Shown: positions 43,681 to 53,875 of the stretch, in pieces
Layout: every line of letters begins with the position of its first letter
Numbering within the stretch: the stretch's first letter is position 1
Origin: a gamma proteobacterium HTCC2207
Lineage (GTDB): Bacteria; Pseudomonadota; Gammaproteobacteria; Pseudomonadales; Porticoccaceae
Length of the DNA stretch: 64,000 nt
Assembly: GCA_905182855.1 (NCBI GenBank)
Contig: CAJJDA010000009.1
Span: 189,309 to 253,308 of the forward strand
Direction of reading: 5' to 3'
Notes under the pieces: generated by a model
Told to the model about the DNA's origin: nothing
Seen by the model: the letters and a program-made list of their open reading frames with translations, nothing else
The model's database searches: none
Translations under genes and position numbers: made by a program

Positions 43681-43741
43681 GACACCTTACCGCCGTCTTC
43701 GATTGGACAATAAATTAATAATTAATAACGAGTAATTAAAT

Positions 43742-44191
43742 ATGGTACACCTGCATTCCCACCATGATATCAGTGCACCCAGAGAAACGATTTGGGCCCT
43801 GCTCATGGACTTTGGCAATATCGAAGCCTGGTGGCCAAAAAATGCCCCCATCGATATTGAACGTGTAGAACTGGAGGGAAGTGGTGTCGGTATGACAAGA
43901 CATATCTACAACGTTGGTTTTGATAATGCCGTCAGCGAACGCCTCGACGCCCTAGACACAGAGAATTTTACGCTGCAGCTGTCCATTGTCGGTGAACGCC
44001 CGGCGGGACTGCTGCACTATCAGGCAACGGGTAAGCTAACTGCATTGGATGATGGCGGCTGCCGACTGACCTACGATTCAGAATTTCGTGCCGAGCAGGG
44101 CGGCGAAGATGACGCTAAAGCCTTCCTATTGGGCGCCTATGAACTGATGTACCTAGGCCTCGATGGCGTAGCCAATCAAAGCGCCAAGTAA
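43742..44191 (+). CDS. SRPBCC/START (polyketide cyclase/dehydrase-like) protein
   Basis: ISAPRETIWALLMDF, GVGMTR, VSERL. Confidence 0.82.
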   Translation: MVHLHSHHDISAPRETIWALLMDFGNIEAWWPKNAPIDIERVELEGSGVGMTRHIYNVGFDNAVSERLDALDTENFTLQLSIVGERPAGLLHYQATGKLTALDDGGCRLTYDSEFRAEQGGEDDAKAFLLGAYELMYLGLDGVANQSAK

Positions 44192-44250
44192 ACCGCGCAT
44201 CAAGACAATGAGCGTCCATCATAACCTTACTATTAAAAAGGAATTCGACC

Positions 44251-44567
44251 ATGTTAGCTATCTCCGCAAGAATTGAACTAGCCCCTAAAGACGCCGCTTC
44301 CTATATTGCCAGCCGCCCAAAAAATCATTGCACCGACCCGGGCAGAATCTGGTTGTCAGCTTTATTCTATCGGTGTGGATATCAGCCTGTCCAATGTCAT
44401 CTGGATAACGGAGCAGTGGGCAGAGTGAAGCCGCGCTTATGGCGCATTTAGGCATGCCCCATATTGTGGATTTTATGGCGTTTTGTGGCACCGTCGAGAT
44501 CACGGATATGAGTATCGTTAAATACGACGTATCAGCCGCTGGCCCGCTGGTACTGCCAGAGAATTAA
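44251..44567 (+). CDS. ABM domain protein (two apparent frameshifts, near 44310 and 44422)
   Basis: Reconstructed as ...PTRAESGCQLY...ITEQW.SEAALMAHLGMPHI...VLPEN*; good RBS upstream. Confidence 0.72.
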
Positions 44568-44607
44568 GCAGTGCGCTAAACCCTGAATCAGGCGAGGAAT
44601 CAAAAGC

Positions 44608-45783
44608 ATGACTATTGCAGAAAACTATAACCGCATTGTTGCCCGCATCATTGATGACGTTGACAACAACACCACAGACCAGACTGAAAGCACCTTATCG
44701 GTCCCCTCCAAATCGTATACCGATCCGGACCTCTGGAATCAGGAAATGGATCTTATATTTAAAAAAGTGCCCATTTTTGTCGCCCTAACCCAAGAGCTAC
44801 CCAATGCGGGCGACTACAAAACATTTCAGTTTCTGGATAAGCCGCTGCTGATCACTCGTCTAAAAGATGGCTCTGCGAGGGTGATGCTCAATGTTTGTGC
44901 CCATCGTGCCATGACCATAGCCACCGAGCAATGTGGTAACAAGTCGCGATTTACCTGCCCCTATCATGGCTGGATGTACAGTAATGATGGTGTGCTGCGC
45001 GGGGTTGCCGATCAGGACAAATTTGGTGATTTTGACAAGCAGACTAATGGCTTAACCCAACTCCCCGTCTACGAGCGCGGCGGTATGATATTTACCGTTT
45101 TGGAACCCGGTGACGAAGCGGTAGATTTTGATGGTTTTTTAGGGGGCATGATGGAAGACATCGGTCGTCTAGGAATGGAAAGCTGGCATTACTGCGGTCA
45201 ACGTAAGATCGAGGGAGCCAACTGGAAAGTCGCCTATGACGGCTATCTAGAGGGTTATCATTTTGCGGCGGCGCATCCAGATACGATCGCGCAACGCACC
45301 TACTCAAACGTCATGCAATTTGATTCCTATGGGCCCCACACCTTGATCTGTTTTCCACACTTGGCGATTAAAGAAAACCTCGGTGGGGTGGCACCAGAGG
45401 ATTATCACAAACACGAAAACAACGGTTATGATTTTATCCGGACACTCTTCCCAAATATCTCCGTCTTTGTGGCACCAGAGATCACACTAATCAGTCAGAT
45501 TGTTCCCGGCCCCAAACCTAATCAGAACACCACGTACCTGAACTTTATTCATCCCAGTAAGCCCGACGGAGAAGATACGGCATTGCAAGAGATGATGGAC
45601 TTCTTTCAGGATGTCGTGGATGTCGAAGACTACCAAGTGGGTCTGGCCATCCAGAAAGGTCTAGAAGCGAACGCTCATGCCAATGTCACGTTCGGTCGCA
45701 ATGAAGCCGGAAATCAGCTGTTCCACAAGTGGGTTGAATGGTATCTAGGCAAAGACCCCACTGCGCCAAAACCCACACTGTAG
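44608..45783 (+). CDS. Rieske non-heme iron oxygenase alpha subunit (2)
   Basis: CAH...CPYHGW; EGYHFAAAH. Confidence 0.92.
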   Translation: MTIAENYNRIVARIIDDVDNNTTDQTESTLSVPSKSYTDPDLWNQEMDLIFKKVPIFVALTQELPNAGDYKTFQFLDKPLLITRLKDGSARVMLNVCAHRAMTIATEQCGNKSRFTCPYHGWMYSNDGVLRGVADQDKFGDFDKQTNGLTQLPVYERGGMIFTVLEPGDEAVDFDGFLGGMMEDIGRLGMESWHYCGQRKIEGANWKVAYDGYLEGYHFAAAHPDTIAQRTYSNVMQFDSYGPHTLICFPHLAIKENLGGVAPEDYHKHENNGYDFIRTLFPNISVFVAPEITLISQIVPGPKPNQNTTYLNFIHPSKPDGEDTALQEMMDFFQDVVDVEDYQVGLAIQKGLEANAHANVTFGRNEAGNQLFHKWVEWYLGKDPTAPKPTL

Positions 45784-45816
45784 ACGAGTAGGCACACTAA
45801 CGCTAAAGGGTGAACA

Positions 45817-46623
45817 ATGAGTATTCATGAGAAGCGCGCAGGTAGAATAAATTGCTTACTGATCGCGGGAGGTGTCTGGCATGACATTGATCATGCGCGA
45901 TTGGAGTTACTGAAATTACTCTCAGAAGACGAACGCTTTCGCGTGCGCGTTTTTGAGGACTATGAAAATCTGCAAGCCATCGAAGAAGCGGACTTTATTG
46001 TTAGCTATACCTGTAATGTTGTGCCCTCTCTCGGCGCCCAGGAAGCCCTCAAAGCCTGGGTCGAAAAAGGCGGCCGCTGGTACGCACTGCACGGCACTAA
46101 TTCAATCATCCGGCTGATGTCCAGCGGTCTGTATGGCACACCAGACTGGGCACCGCTATTTGTGGAGACTCTAGGGTCTATGTTTCGCTCGCACCCTCCA
46201 ATCGCACCCTATCAGGTATCGGTTGCTGATCCACATCACCGCTTGGCTCAGGGTATTGAGCCCTTTGAATCCGACGATGAACTGTATCTAATGAAAACCT
46301 ATGGCGACCTCCATGTGATATTGGACACAGAGTATGGCGGTAAGGCAGAAGGCTTTGAAGAAGATGAGTGGGAACATGCCCGCCATCCAGTTTTCTATAC
46401 CCACAATGTTGGCGAAGGCGAGGTTCTGTATTTGACCCTGGGCCACTGTCGGCATCATCATGACATGCAGCCAATGCTCGACTATTGGCCGACTATGGAA
46501 CGCGGCTCATGGGACTTACCAGTGTTTTATCAGCTGTTAAGACGAGGTATTCAATGGGCTATAGAGCCTATCGACAAGGCGACGGCTGATGCCTTAGCTA
46601 AGGCCCGCGCTGCAGTGAAATAA
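45817..46623 (+). CDS. ThuA-like domain protein
   Basis: GGRWYALHG, F.SHPP, DELY, GEVLYLTLGH. Confidence 0.8.
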   Translation: MSIHEKRAGRINCLLIAGGVWHDIDHARLELLKLLSEDERFRVRVFEDYENLQAIEEADFIVSYTCNVVPSLGAQEALKAWVEKGGRWYALHGTNSIIRLMSSGLYGTPDWAPLFVETLGSMFRSHPPIAPYQVSVADPHHRLAQGIEPFESDDELYLMKTYGDLHVILDTEYGGKAEGFEEDEWEHARHPVFYTHNVGEGEVLYLTLGHCRHHHDMQPMLDYWPTMERGSWDLPVFYQLLRRGIQWAIEPIDKATADALAKARAAVK

Positions 46624-46639
46624 AATTCAAGACGTCACA

Positions 46640-46678
46640 GCTATAAAAAAGGGACTTTTTTATAGCCCCTTTTTTTAT
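46640..46678. terminator. Bidirectional terminator between the ThuA-like and P450 genes
   Basis: GCTATAAAAAAG/CTTTTTTATAGC stem, with an alternative ATAAAAAAGGG/CCCTTTTTTTAT pairing. Confidence 0.6.
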
Positions 46679-46694
46679 ATGGCTGCGGTGCTCG

Positions 46695-47895
46695 CTACCA
46701 GCGTAAATTTAGCTCGTTGACTACCCCAACAATACCACTGCTAAAACTGACTGTACTACTTTCATCAACATGGAAATTCGGAATCCGTTTCAACCACTCT
46801 TCTAGGGCAATCCTCAACTCAACTCGAGCGAGGTTCTTACCTGGACAGGTGTGGGCTCCGCGGCCAAACGTCAAACTATTGCCCTGCTTACGACCAAACT
46901 CTACCGCCATCGCATTCGGGGTGAAAGTGTTGTCCATACCCGCCAGTGGTGTCGGTGCCGCAACCATATCTCCAGCTTTGAGTTGTACGCCATGAAATTC
47001 CATGTCCTCGGTCACTTCTCTGGCCACAGTGACTATTGGGAAACGTCTAAGGATCTCTTCTACCGCTTGCGCGGCAGAGGTCTCGCCCTGAGATATCTGT
47101 GAGCGGTGCTTTTCACTTTTCGCCAAGAATAGAAAGACAAATCCCAATAAGTTAACTACGGTATCTACACCAGCAATAAACACCTGAATGGACAATTTAA
47201 TCGCTTCATCACGACTCAGGCGTCGGCCGTTGGTTTCGGTGTTAATCATTCGGCTGAGCATATCTGTGCCATCACTGCCCATCCGCTGGTCAACATAGGG
47301 CGCTATATAGTCTTTCAAGTTTTGCAGCGCGTCGGCAAACGTAATAGTCCCGTCCGGTCTTATTAATTGGTCGGTCCAGTACTTGGTTTGCGGTATGTCA
47401 TCTTCTGGCAGATCCATCATCGATAGGAATACACGGATGGGCAGTATGTCAGCGAAGTCACGCGTGAAATTACAGCTCCCTTTGTCGATAAAGCCATCAA
47501 TAAGTGACGTGACAATAGCGCGAATATCATCGCCCATCGCATTTACCGAGGCCGGGGCCATCGTATGATTGAGTGTCTTGCGATAAAAATGATGCTCTGG
47601 GGGATCGATGGTGGTCGGCAATAGGCCATGATCGGCACTGTGGCTCTTGGGAAGGATAATACTGCGACTGGAGAAACGGGTGTAATCGGTCAGTACTTCT
47701 TCGATGATTGCCGACCTTGTGGGCAACCAATGCCCCTCATTGGCCTGAGTCCAGACAAGAGGGCAGCTGTCATCCTCTTGTAGTAAGGTCGCCCAGGCCT
47801 GATGAAAGTCTTCATCTAATGCCAGGAGGCATATAGATATTAAAATCGCGGACCAGATACTCTGGAACATGACTAGGCAATCCTTGAGTATCCAT
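46695..47895 (-). CDS. Cytochrome P450, CYP101(B)-like (true start 47895, frameshift near 47820)
   Basis: Reconstructed N-terminus MDTQGLPSHVPEYLVRDFNIYMPPG with RBS; I-helix AGVDTV; EEILRR; heme motif FGRGAHTCPG. Confidence 0.9.
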
Positions 47896-47912
47896 CACAT
47901 TCTCCAAAAGTA

Positions 47913-48683
47913 TTATCCCAATCTTACCGAATGGGCAGCATCCACTGTTATAAGCGAACCGCTCATGTAGCTCGCCGCGTTACTGGCTAGCAATAAGATA
48001 GCACCATCAAGCTCTGATAACTGCCCTGCTCGCTTCAGGGGTAAGTTAGCCAAATCAGCCTGACCCTGAAGCGTCGCATAATAATCGGCAACTAGGTCGG
48101 TATGCAGAAAGCCTGGGGCTAGCGCATTAACGCGAATTCCGTGTTCCGCAAGTTCGTGGCCCATCACGCAGGTCAACTGGTTAACGGCGCCTTTGGAGGC
48201 ACTGTAATGTGTAAGACCCATGAACGATGAGACGGCGCAAATCGATGAGATGTTAATAATATTACCTGGTATTCCAGCCGCTACCATTCGCTGAGCACCC
48301 TCTTGACCTAGGTTAAACACACCTTTGACGTTGACATTCAGCACATGATCCCAATTGGTCTCTTCCATCTCTAGAAAGGGCTGACGACCCGTAGCACCCG
48401 CGTTGCAAACAACAATATCTGGCGTGCCAAATTCTTTTTCCGCAAGATCAAAGCCTGCCTTAACCGAGGCGCGGTCAGTGACATCCATAGTCACTGCCAT
48501 CGCTTTCCCGCCTTTCGCTTTGATACGATCAGCCAGCTTCTGCAACAGATCCATCCTGCGCGCAGCACAGATCACGGCAACGCCCTTATCTGCAAGCATT
48601 TCTGCTATATGCTCACCCAAACCACTCGAGGCACCACTGACTAACGCTATCCTACCCTTCACAGAAAAAATATTATCTGTCAC
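47913..48683 (-). CDS. Short-chain dehydrogenase/reductase
   Basis: Motifs SGASSGLG, NAG, YSASK. Confidence 0.9.
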   Translation of the reverse strand: MTDNIFSVKGRIALVSGASSGLGEHIAEMLADKGVAVICAARRMDLLQKLADRIKAKGGKAMAVTMDVTDRASVKAGFDLAEKEFGTPDIVVCNAGATGRQPFLEMEETNWDHVLNVNVKGVFNLGQEGAQRMVAAGIPGNIINISSICAVSSFMGLTHYSASKGAVNQLTCVMGHELAEHGIRVNALAPGFLHTDLVADYYATLQGQADLANLPLKRAGQLSELDGAILLLASNAASYMSGSLITVDAAHSVRLG

Positions 48684-48730
48684 GATATTTACCTATTTTT
48701 TTATTTAACTAAGGCTCTCAAGAGGCCCAC

Positions 48731-49492
48731 TTAGAATTGGATGCGTTTGGTGAATCCACCATCAACAACCACATTAGTACCCGTGGTATAGGCCGCGAGA
48801 GGACTCAACAGCAGTGCAACTTGTGCGCAGACCTCTGCCGGTGAACCCATGCGTCCCGCAGGGATGTTCGCTACAGTTGACTCATAAATCTCCGGCATAG
48901 CCGCCCTAATCTCTTCCCAGGCACCGCCAGCAAAATAGATAGGTCCGGGACTCACGCTATTAACACGGATACCAACCGGCGCAAGCTCTTGAGCTAGGTT
49001 GCCAAAATAATTAAGCAGTGCCGCCTTCATTGCGCCATAGGGCACAGCCCCTGCAAATGCTTCAAGAGAGGCGGTCGATCCAATGCTGACAATAGCGCCA
49101 CAATCAGAGGCTTCGAGATAGGGCTTTACCGCATTAACCGCTTTCCAGCTCGCCAGCACATCGGCTTCGAAATTACCTCTCCAACCCGATTCTCCATTAT
49201 CAGCACCACCTGCACTCACATTGGCAACAAAACCATCGACCCCACCCAGCGCGTCGGCACAGGCTTTAATCCAGTTCTCCAAGGATGCGGAGTCAGTGAC
49301 GTCAACCACCTCACCATGAGCCTTGACACCCAATGCCTGGACAGCCTCGACGGCGGCCTTTACCTCGTCGGCATTACGCGCGCAGATACCGACATTACAG
49401 CCCTCGGCAGCCAGCGTTTTGGCCATCACAAAACCAATACCTTTAGACGAGCCTGTAATCAAAACTGTTTTATTTTTTAACTGAAGATCCAT
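48731..49492 (-). CDS. Short-chain dehydrogenase/reductase
   Basis: Motifs TGSSKGIG and YGAMK. Confidence 0.9.
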   Translation of the reverse strand: MDLQLKNKTVLITGSSKGIGFVMAKTLAAEGCNVGICARNADEVKAAVEAVQALGVKAHGEVVDVTDSASLENWIKACADALGGVDGFVANVSAGGADNGESGWRGNFEADVLASWKAVNAVKPYLEASDCGAIVSIGSTASLEAFAGAVPYGAMKAALLNYFGNLAQELAPVGIRVNSVSPGPIYFAGGAWEEIRAAMPEIYESTVANIPAGRMGSPAEVCAQVALLLSPLAAYTTGTNVVVDGGFTKRIQF

Positions 49493-49533
49493 AATAATCG
49501 CTCCTTATTAATCGAATGTAATGACGGCAACTG

Positions 49534-50664
49534 TTAAAGTTGGTTATAGCGTGAAAGGTGAGAATCTCTCGATCCAAACATCACACTAATTGCCGCCAAG
49601 CGTTTAAAATAATGACCGACATTAAATTCGTCGGTCGTACCAATACCGCCGTGCAGCTGTATCGCATTATGCGAAACAAACCGCCCAGCCTTTCCCATTT
49701 TTGCTTTTAATGCGCTGACGCACTGCGCCGCATCGGGCGCCGAATTATCTAATTTCCACGCCGTAGCCATAAGTAGCGAGCGCGTTAATTCAATCTCCAT
49801 ATACATATCGGCCATGCGATGGCGCAATACCTGAAAACTTGAGAGGGGTTGGCCAAATTGCTTACGCTGTTTGGTATAGTCCACGGTGGCCGCCATCAGA
49901 GCATCCATAGCACCTACCGCCTCGGCACAGACCGCGACCACCGCACGATGAAACACTGGCAGCGCCAGTTCGTAGGCATCGCCTACCTCACCCAAGACGG
50001 CGTCTGGACCAACACTGACATTATTAAGCTCCAGTTCGCAGGCCGACCGCCCATCGTAGGTTTTATAATTTTTCCTGCTTAGTCCAATCGCGTTTTTATC
50101 CAACACAAACAGGCTAATACCTTGGCCAGAGCTCTGGTCTGTAGCCTCTGTGCGCGCCGTCACGAGAAAAAAATCAGCCTCAGGGCCGTTGAGCACCACC
50201 GTCTTCTTACCCGATAGCAGAAACCCGCCAGCGCTCGATTCCGCGCGCATCTGCACCTGTAACGGATCGCCAACGCTGCCCTCTTCAAGGTACGCCAACG
50301 CGCCTTGCAACTGGCCGGCAATCAAGCCCGAAAGATACTGTTCTCTGATAGCAGTCTGGCCACCAACCTCAATTAAGCCACCGACCAAGACAACGGATTC
50401 CAGGTAGGGCTCAAGCACGAGATACTTCCCAAACTGCTCACATAAAATCATAGTCTCCAATGCGCCGCCTCCGAATCCACCAGCGTCCTCTTGGAAAGTC
50501 ATTGCCAACCAGCCTAGATCCGCAAAGGTCTGCCACTGATCAGCATTAAATCCAGCTGACTCTTTAACCGTAGCCTGACGATTTTCAAAGCTGTAATTAT
50601 CACGAAGATACTTTTCGGCGCTGTCCCGCAGCATCGTTTGTTCTTCGCTGTATTCAATAAACAT
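49534..50664 (-). CDS. Acyl-CoA dehydrogenase, second subunit of a heteromeric pair (PimD/FadE-like)
   Basis: RKQFGQPL and IQLHGGIG; lacks the C-terminal catalytic Glu motif. Likely start MFIEYSEEQ. Confidence 0.88.
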   Translation of the reverse strand: MFIEYSEEQTMLRDSAEKYLRDNYSFENRQATVKESAGFNADQWQTFADLGWLAMTFQEDAGGFGGGALETMILCEQFGKYLVLEPYLESVVLVGGLIEVGGQTAIREQYLSGLIAGQLQGALAYLEEGSVGDPLQVQMRAESSAGGFLLSGKKTVVLNGPEADFFLVTARTEATDQSSGQGISLFVLDKNAIGLSRKNYKTYDGRSACELELNNVSVGPDAVLGEVGDAYELALPVFHRAVVAVCAEAVGAMDALMAATVDYTKQRKQFGQPLSSFQVLRHRMADMYMEIELTRSLLMATAWKLDNSAPDAAQCVSALKAKMGKAGRFVSHNAIQLHGGIGTTDEFNVGHYFKRLAAISVMFGSRDSHLSRYNQL

Positions 50665-50692
50665 ATTGTTAGATACCCGACTTAAAGTTTTG

Positions 50693-51880
50693 TTAAAGGA
50701 GCAGAACGCGCTTAGCAATAATGTCTCTTTGAATTTCTGCGGTACCGCCATAAATCGTTGCAGACCGGTTATTAATGTACTCGGGCATCGTAGTCAGGCC
50801 GCAAGCGGGACCTATGACCTCGCCCTCAAAGCTAGGCGTCAAGGCATCCAGCTGTTTGACAAACGCGTGCTCAGCCATGATTTCAAGACTTAGCTCATTA
50901 AATCGCTGACCAATTTCTGTACCCATAACCTTGGTTAAAGATGAGAGAGGTCCTGCATTTTCACCCGCTTCAAAGGCACCCTTAACGCGCAATTCTGTGA
51001 ACTCCAAAGCAAGAGCGTCCACAGCAACGTCGGCGAATTTGGCGCTAAAAACCGGATTGTCTTTCCACAGCACCCGATTCGCTGAATACTGCGAATTAGC
51101 CTGACGCCTAATTTTTGCCATTTGCTTTTTATGGTCGATCGCGTAGTTGTGACCTCCGCGCTCAAATTCGAGGAGAGACTTGGCCACTTGCCAGCCCTGA
51201 TTTTCTTCACCAACGAGATTAGCCGCAGGTACACGTACGTCAACAAAATGAATGTGCATGTGACCGTGTGGTGCGTCGAGACCTACGATGGGCTCAACCG
51301 TTAAGCCCTCGGTATCCATATCGATCAAGATGAAGCTAATACCCGCTTGCGGTTTCCCCTCCTTAGAGGTTCTCACCAAACAAAAGATGCGATTGGAATG
51401 CTGCGCATAACTGGTCCATATTTTCGAGCCATTGATAATATAATCATCGCCCTCACGCACCGCAGCCGTCATCAAAGATGCAAGATCGGATCCGGCACCT
51501 GGCTCAGAATAGCCCTGACACCAGGCATCCTCGCCGGACAGTATTTTTGGTAGATACTGCTGTTTCTGGGCCTCAGTACCACATTGCATAAGCATAGGGC
51601 CCAGCATCTGCAGACCCAGAGCAAAAAGCGCGGGCGCATTGGCCAATTTGCACTCTTCTTGAAAGATATAGCGCTGACTCAGTGACCATCCCGTACCGCC
51701 ATATTCAAGTGGCCAATCGGGTGCCACCCAGCCTTTTTTATACAAAATTTTGTGCCAGGCTAAACCGGCGTCAAAATCTGAAAACACACTGGTCATGAGT
51801 TCGCCTGCACGCTTGATTTCCGGCGTCAGTGACTCTCTTAGAAAGGCCTGAACTTCACCACGAAAACTACTGTCTTTCAT
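50693..51880 (-). CDS. Acyl-CoA dehydrogenase, catalytic subunit (PimC/FadE-like)
   Basis: Motifs WCQGYSEPGAGSDLA, NGSKIWTS, IYGGTAEIQR. Confidence 0.9.
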   Translation of the reverse strand: MKDSSFRGEVQAFLRESLTPEIKRAGELMTSVFSDFDAGLAWHKILYKKGWVAPDWPLEYGGTGWSLSQRYIFQEECKLANAPALFALGLQMLGPMLMQCGTEAQKQQYLPKILSGEDAWCQGYSEPGAGSDLASLMTAAVREGDDYIINGSKIWTSYAQHSNRIFCLVRTSKEGKPQAGISFILIDMDTEGLTVEPIVGLDAPHGHMHIHFVDVRVPAANLVGEENQGWQVAKSLLEFERGGHNYAIDHKKQMAKIRRQANSQYSANRVLWKDNPVFSAKFADVAVDALALEFTELRVKGAFEAGENAGPLSSLTKVMGTEIGQRFNELSLEIMAEHAFVKQLDALTPSFEGEVIGPACGLTTMPEYINNRSATIYGGTAEIQRDIIAKRVLLL

Positions 51881-51918
51881 AAATCATCTCTGTTAGAACC
51901 CGCTCCACCTGAACATTA

Positions 51919-51966
51919 AACAAACAAACTTGTTTTTATTCTATGGTTAATGTGTAGGTATTGCAA
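51919..51966 (-). promoter_or_regulatory. Sigma70 promoter TTGCAA-N17-TAGAAT with operator site 4 (AACAAACA-AACT-TGTTTTTA, 51919-51938) over the start site
   Basis: Near-consensus -35/-10 on the minus strand; the palindrome abuts the -10. Confidence 0.65.
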
Positions 51967-52146
51967 TGTAATTACGTATTGCCTGGGACCAATCGTTAAC
52001 CCTCTTATACACATTAATTGTTAAAGGATGGAGCACCATCTCACAACAATCGAATACTTAGATTATTTGATTTTATTGTGCGGTAAAACCAAGGAAATGT
52101 GCTGGCAACTACAAAGCCTCGCGGGACCGATCCGCGCCAGTGATTG

Positions 52147-53727
52147 TCAGTTCCCAGAGCCTATAAGCGCGGTCACTTTTTTCCGCAAGACGTCTTTACG
52201 TACCTTACCTGAGGCCGTTTTCTCCAACACATCACAGAGCTCAATCCGCTGAGGCCATTTTTGCTTGGCCAAGCCACTCTGCTCTAGAAATAACTGCAGC
52301 TCAGGCAGGCTCATTCCTGCCGCATCTCGCATAACCAGGTAGACGCAGACGCCCTCACCTAGACGTTCATGAGGCATGGCGACTACTGCAGCCTCGCTGA
52401 TCATCTGGTGCTGATGCAACACATCTTCTATCTCCCGAGCGGAGATGTTTTCGCCACCGCGAATAATAATGTCCTTTTTGCGATCTGTGATGACAATCGC
52501 GCCGTCAGTGGTGATGTGTCCGATGTCGCCGGTTGAAAAGTATCCATTGCTGTCAATGGCATCTCGCGTTTGCTCTTCTTCACCATAGCCAAGCATAAGC
52601 GCGGGGCCCTTCACTAAAATTTCTCCGTCAGCACCTTGGGTCAACTGATTGCCCTCATCATCGACAACAATCACCTCCCAGTTACTTATTCGACCGTCGG
52701 TGGTGGCCGCAAGACTCTCCTCTTCAGGCTGCAGCCAACCGACGGTAATCAGCGGCGCCTCAGTGCAGCCATACACCCTAAACGCCCGACAGTTAGCAAA
52801 CACCTGATGGGCATCGCTGATCAGTGTTGGTGGCACCGAGGCGCCGCCACAGGCAAAAAAACGTAATGTGGGCAGATCCAATGAATCCCGCTTAGCCTTT
52901 TCAACTAATTCTTGTAAAAATGGCGTTGCGCTGACGCATCCCGTCGCTCCAACTTCCTCAATATATGCCGCAGCCTTATTGACATCCCAGCGTTCCATAA
53001 ATGCCGTCTTGCAGTCACTTAAAAACGGCAGCTCAATGCCGTTGGCAAAACCGGTGATGTGCGTCACTGGTGACGGCATTAACATCACATCACCGGCGCC
53101 CAACCCCCAACCATCAATGCCATTGTCGATCGCCCGCGCCAACGAACGATGCGAATGCTTGACTGCCTTAGCGCGGCCCGTCGTGCCCGACGTATACATA
53201 ACCACTTTAACTGCCTCCATATCGGTCGGCTGTTTAATTGGTAGGCTGCTCCCAGTTGGCTGAATCAAATCCTCATAGCGTGACGGGCTATCTGCAGTAG
53301 GCCCCTGACGTACGGAAATTACATGATCTAAATTAGGCAACTGCGGTAACAGGCGGTCAATCATCTCGGGGAAATTGTGACCACGATAGACTCCCGGAAT
53401 AAAGAGACAGCGCGAACGACTGTCGGCAAGAATAAAGGCTAGCTCTCGATCACGATAGATCGGTATGACAGGATTAATTATCAGGCCAAGCCACACCGCC
53501 GCTATATCGATCGCAACGGTCTCTCGCCAATTGGGTAACTGAAAGCTAATGACATCGCCCGCCTGCAGCCCCATCTTGGACAGAGATGACGCGAGAGCCA
53601 TAGCCTCCTCAAATATGCTGCCAAAACGAATATGCTCGCCCCCCTCAAGATAGACAACCACATCATTCGGCGAACTTATCGCCTTCTCTTGAGCAAAATC
53701 AGCGAGATTTTTAGTACGTAGCTGCAT
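52147..53727 (-). CDS. AMP-dependent acyl-CoA ligase (cyclohexanecarboxylate-CoA ligase/FadK-like)
   Basis: Motifs YTSGTTG, YGCTE, TGD, IIRGGENIS, SGKVRK; FQLPNW N-terminal motif. Confidence 0.88.
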   Translation of the reverse strand: MQLRTKNLADFAQEKAISSPNDVVVYLEGGEHIRFGSIFEEAMALASSLSKMGLQAGDVISFQLPNWRETVAIDIAAVWLGLIINPVIPIYRDRELAFILADSRSRCLFIPGVYRGHNFPEMIDRLLPQLPNLDHVISVRQGPTADSPSRYEDLIQPTGSSLPIKQPTDMEAVKVVMYTSGTTGRAKAVKHSHRSLARAIDNGIDGWGLGAGDVMLMPSPVTHITGFANGIELPFLSDCKTAFMERWDVNKAAAYIEEVGATGCVSATPFLQELVEKAKRDSLDLPTLRFFACGGASVPPTLISDAHQVFANCRAFRVYGCTEAPLITVGWLQPEEESLAATTDGRISNWEVIVVDDEGNQLTQGADGEILVKGPALMLGYGEEEQTRDAIDSNGYFSTGDIGHITTDGAIVITDRKKDIIIRGGENISAREIEDVLHQHQMISEAAVVAMPHERLGEGVCVYLVMRDAAGMSLPELQLFLEQSGLAKQKWPQRIELCDVLEKTASGKVRKDVLRKKVTALIGSGN

Positions 53728-53855
53728 CGTTATCCTTTAATCTAATCGTCGGGGTTATTGAGGTCGATTGAGCGCGATCTAAACTGGATAGTCAGTCGCC
53801 AGTTCTGACGATATCGCCGTACATGTTGCGTCGGTAAGTTACCCCAATTGCGAAA

Positions 53856-53875
53856 AACATACAACATTGATTGTT
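53856..53875. promoter_or_regulatory. Putative operator, site 5 (AACATACA-ACAT-TGATTGTT)
   Basis: Shared palindrome upstream of the CoA ligase. Confidence 0.6.

Noticed and set aside
33322-51880. Canonical steroid degradation cluster
   Set aside because: No KstD, KshAB, HsaA-D or MaoC hydratase is recognisable in the window. Kept only as a secondary possibility.
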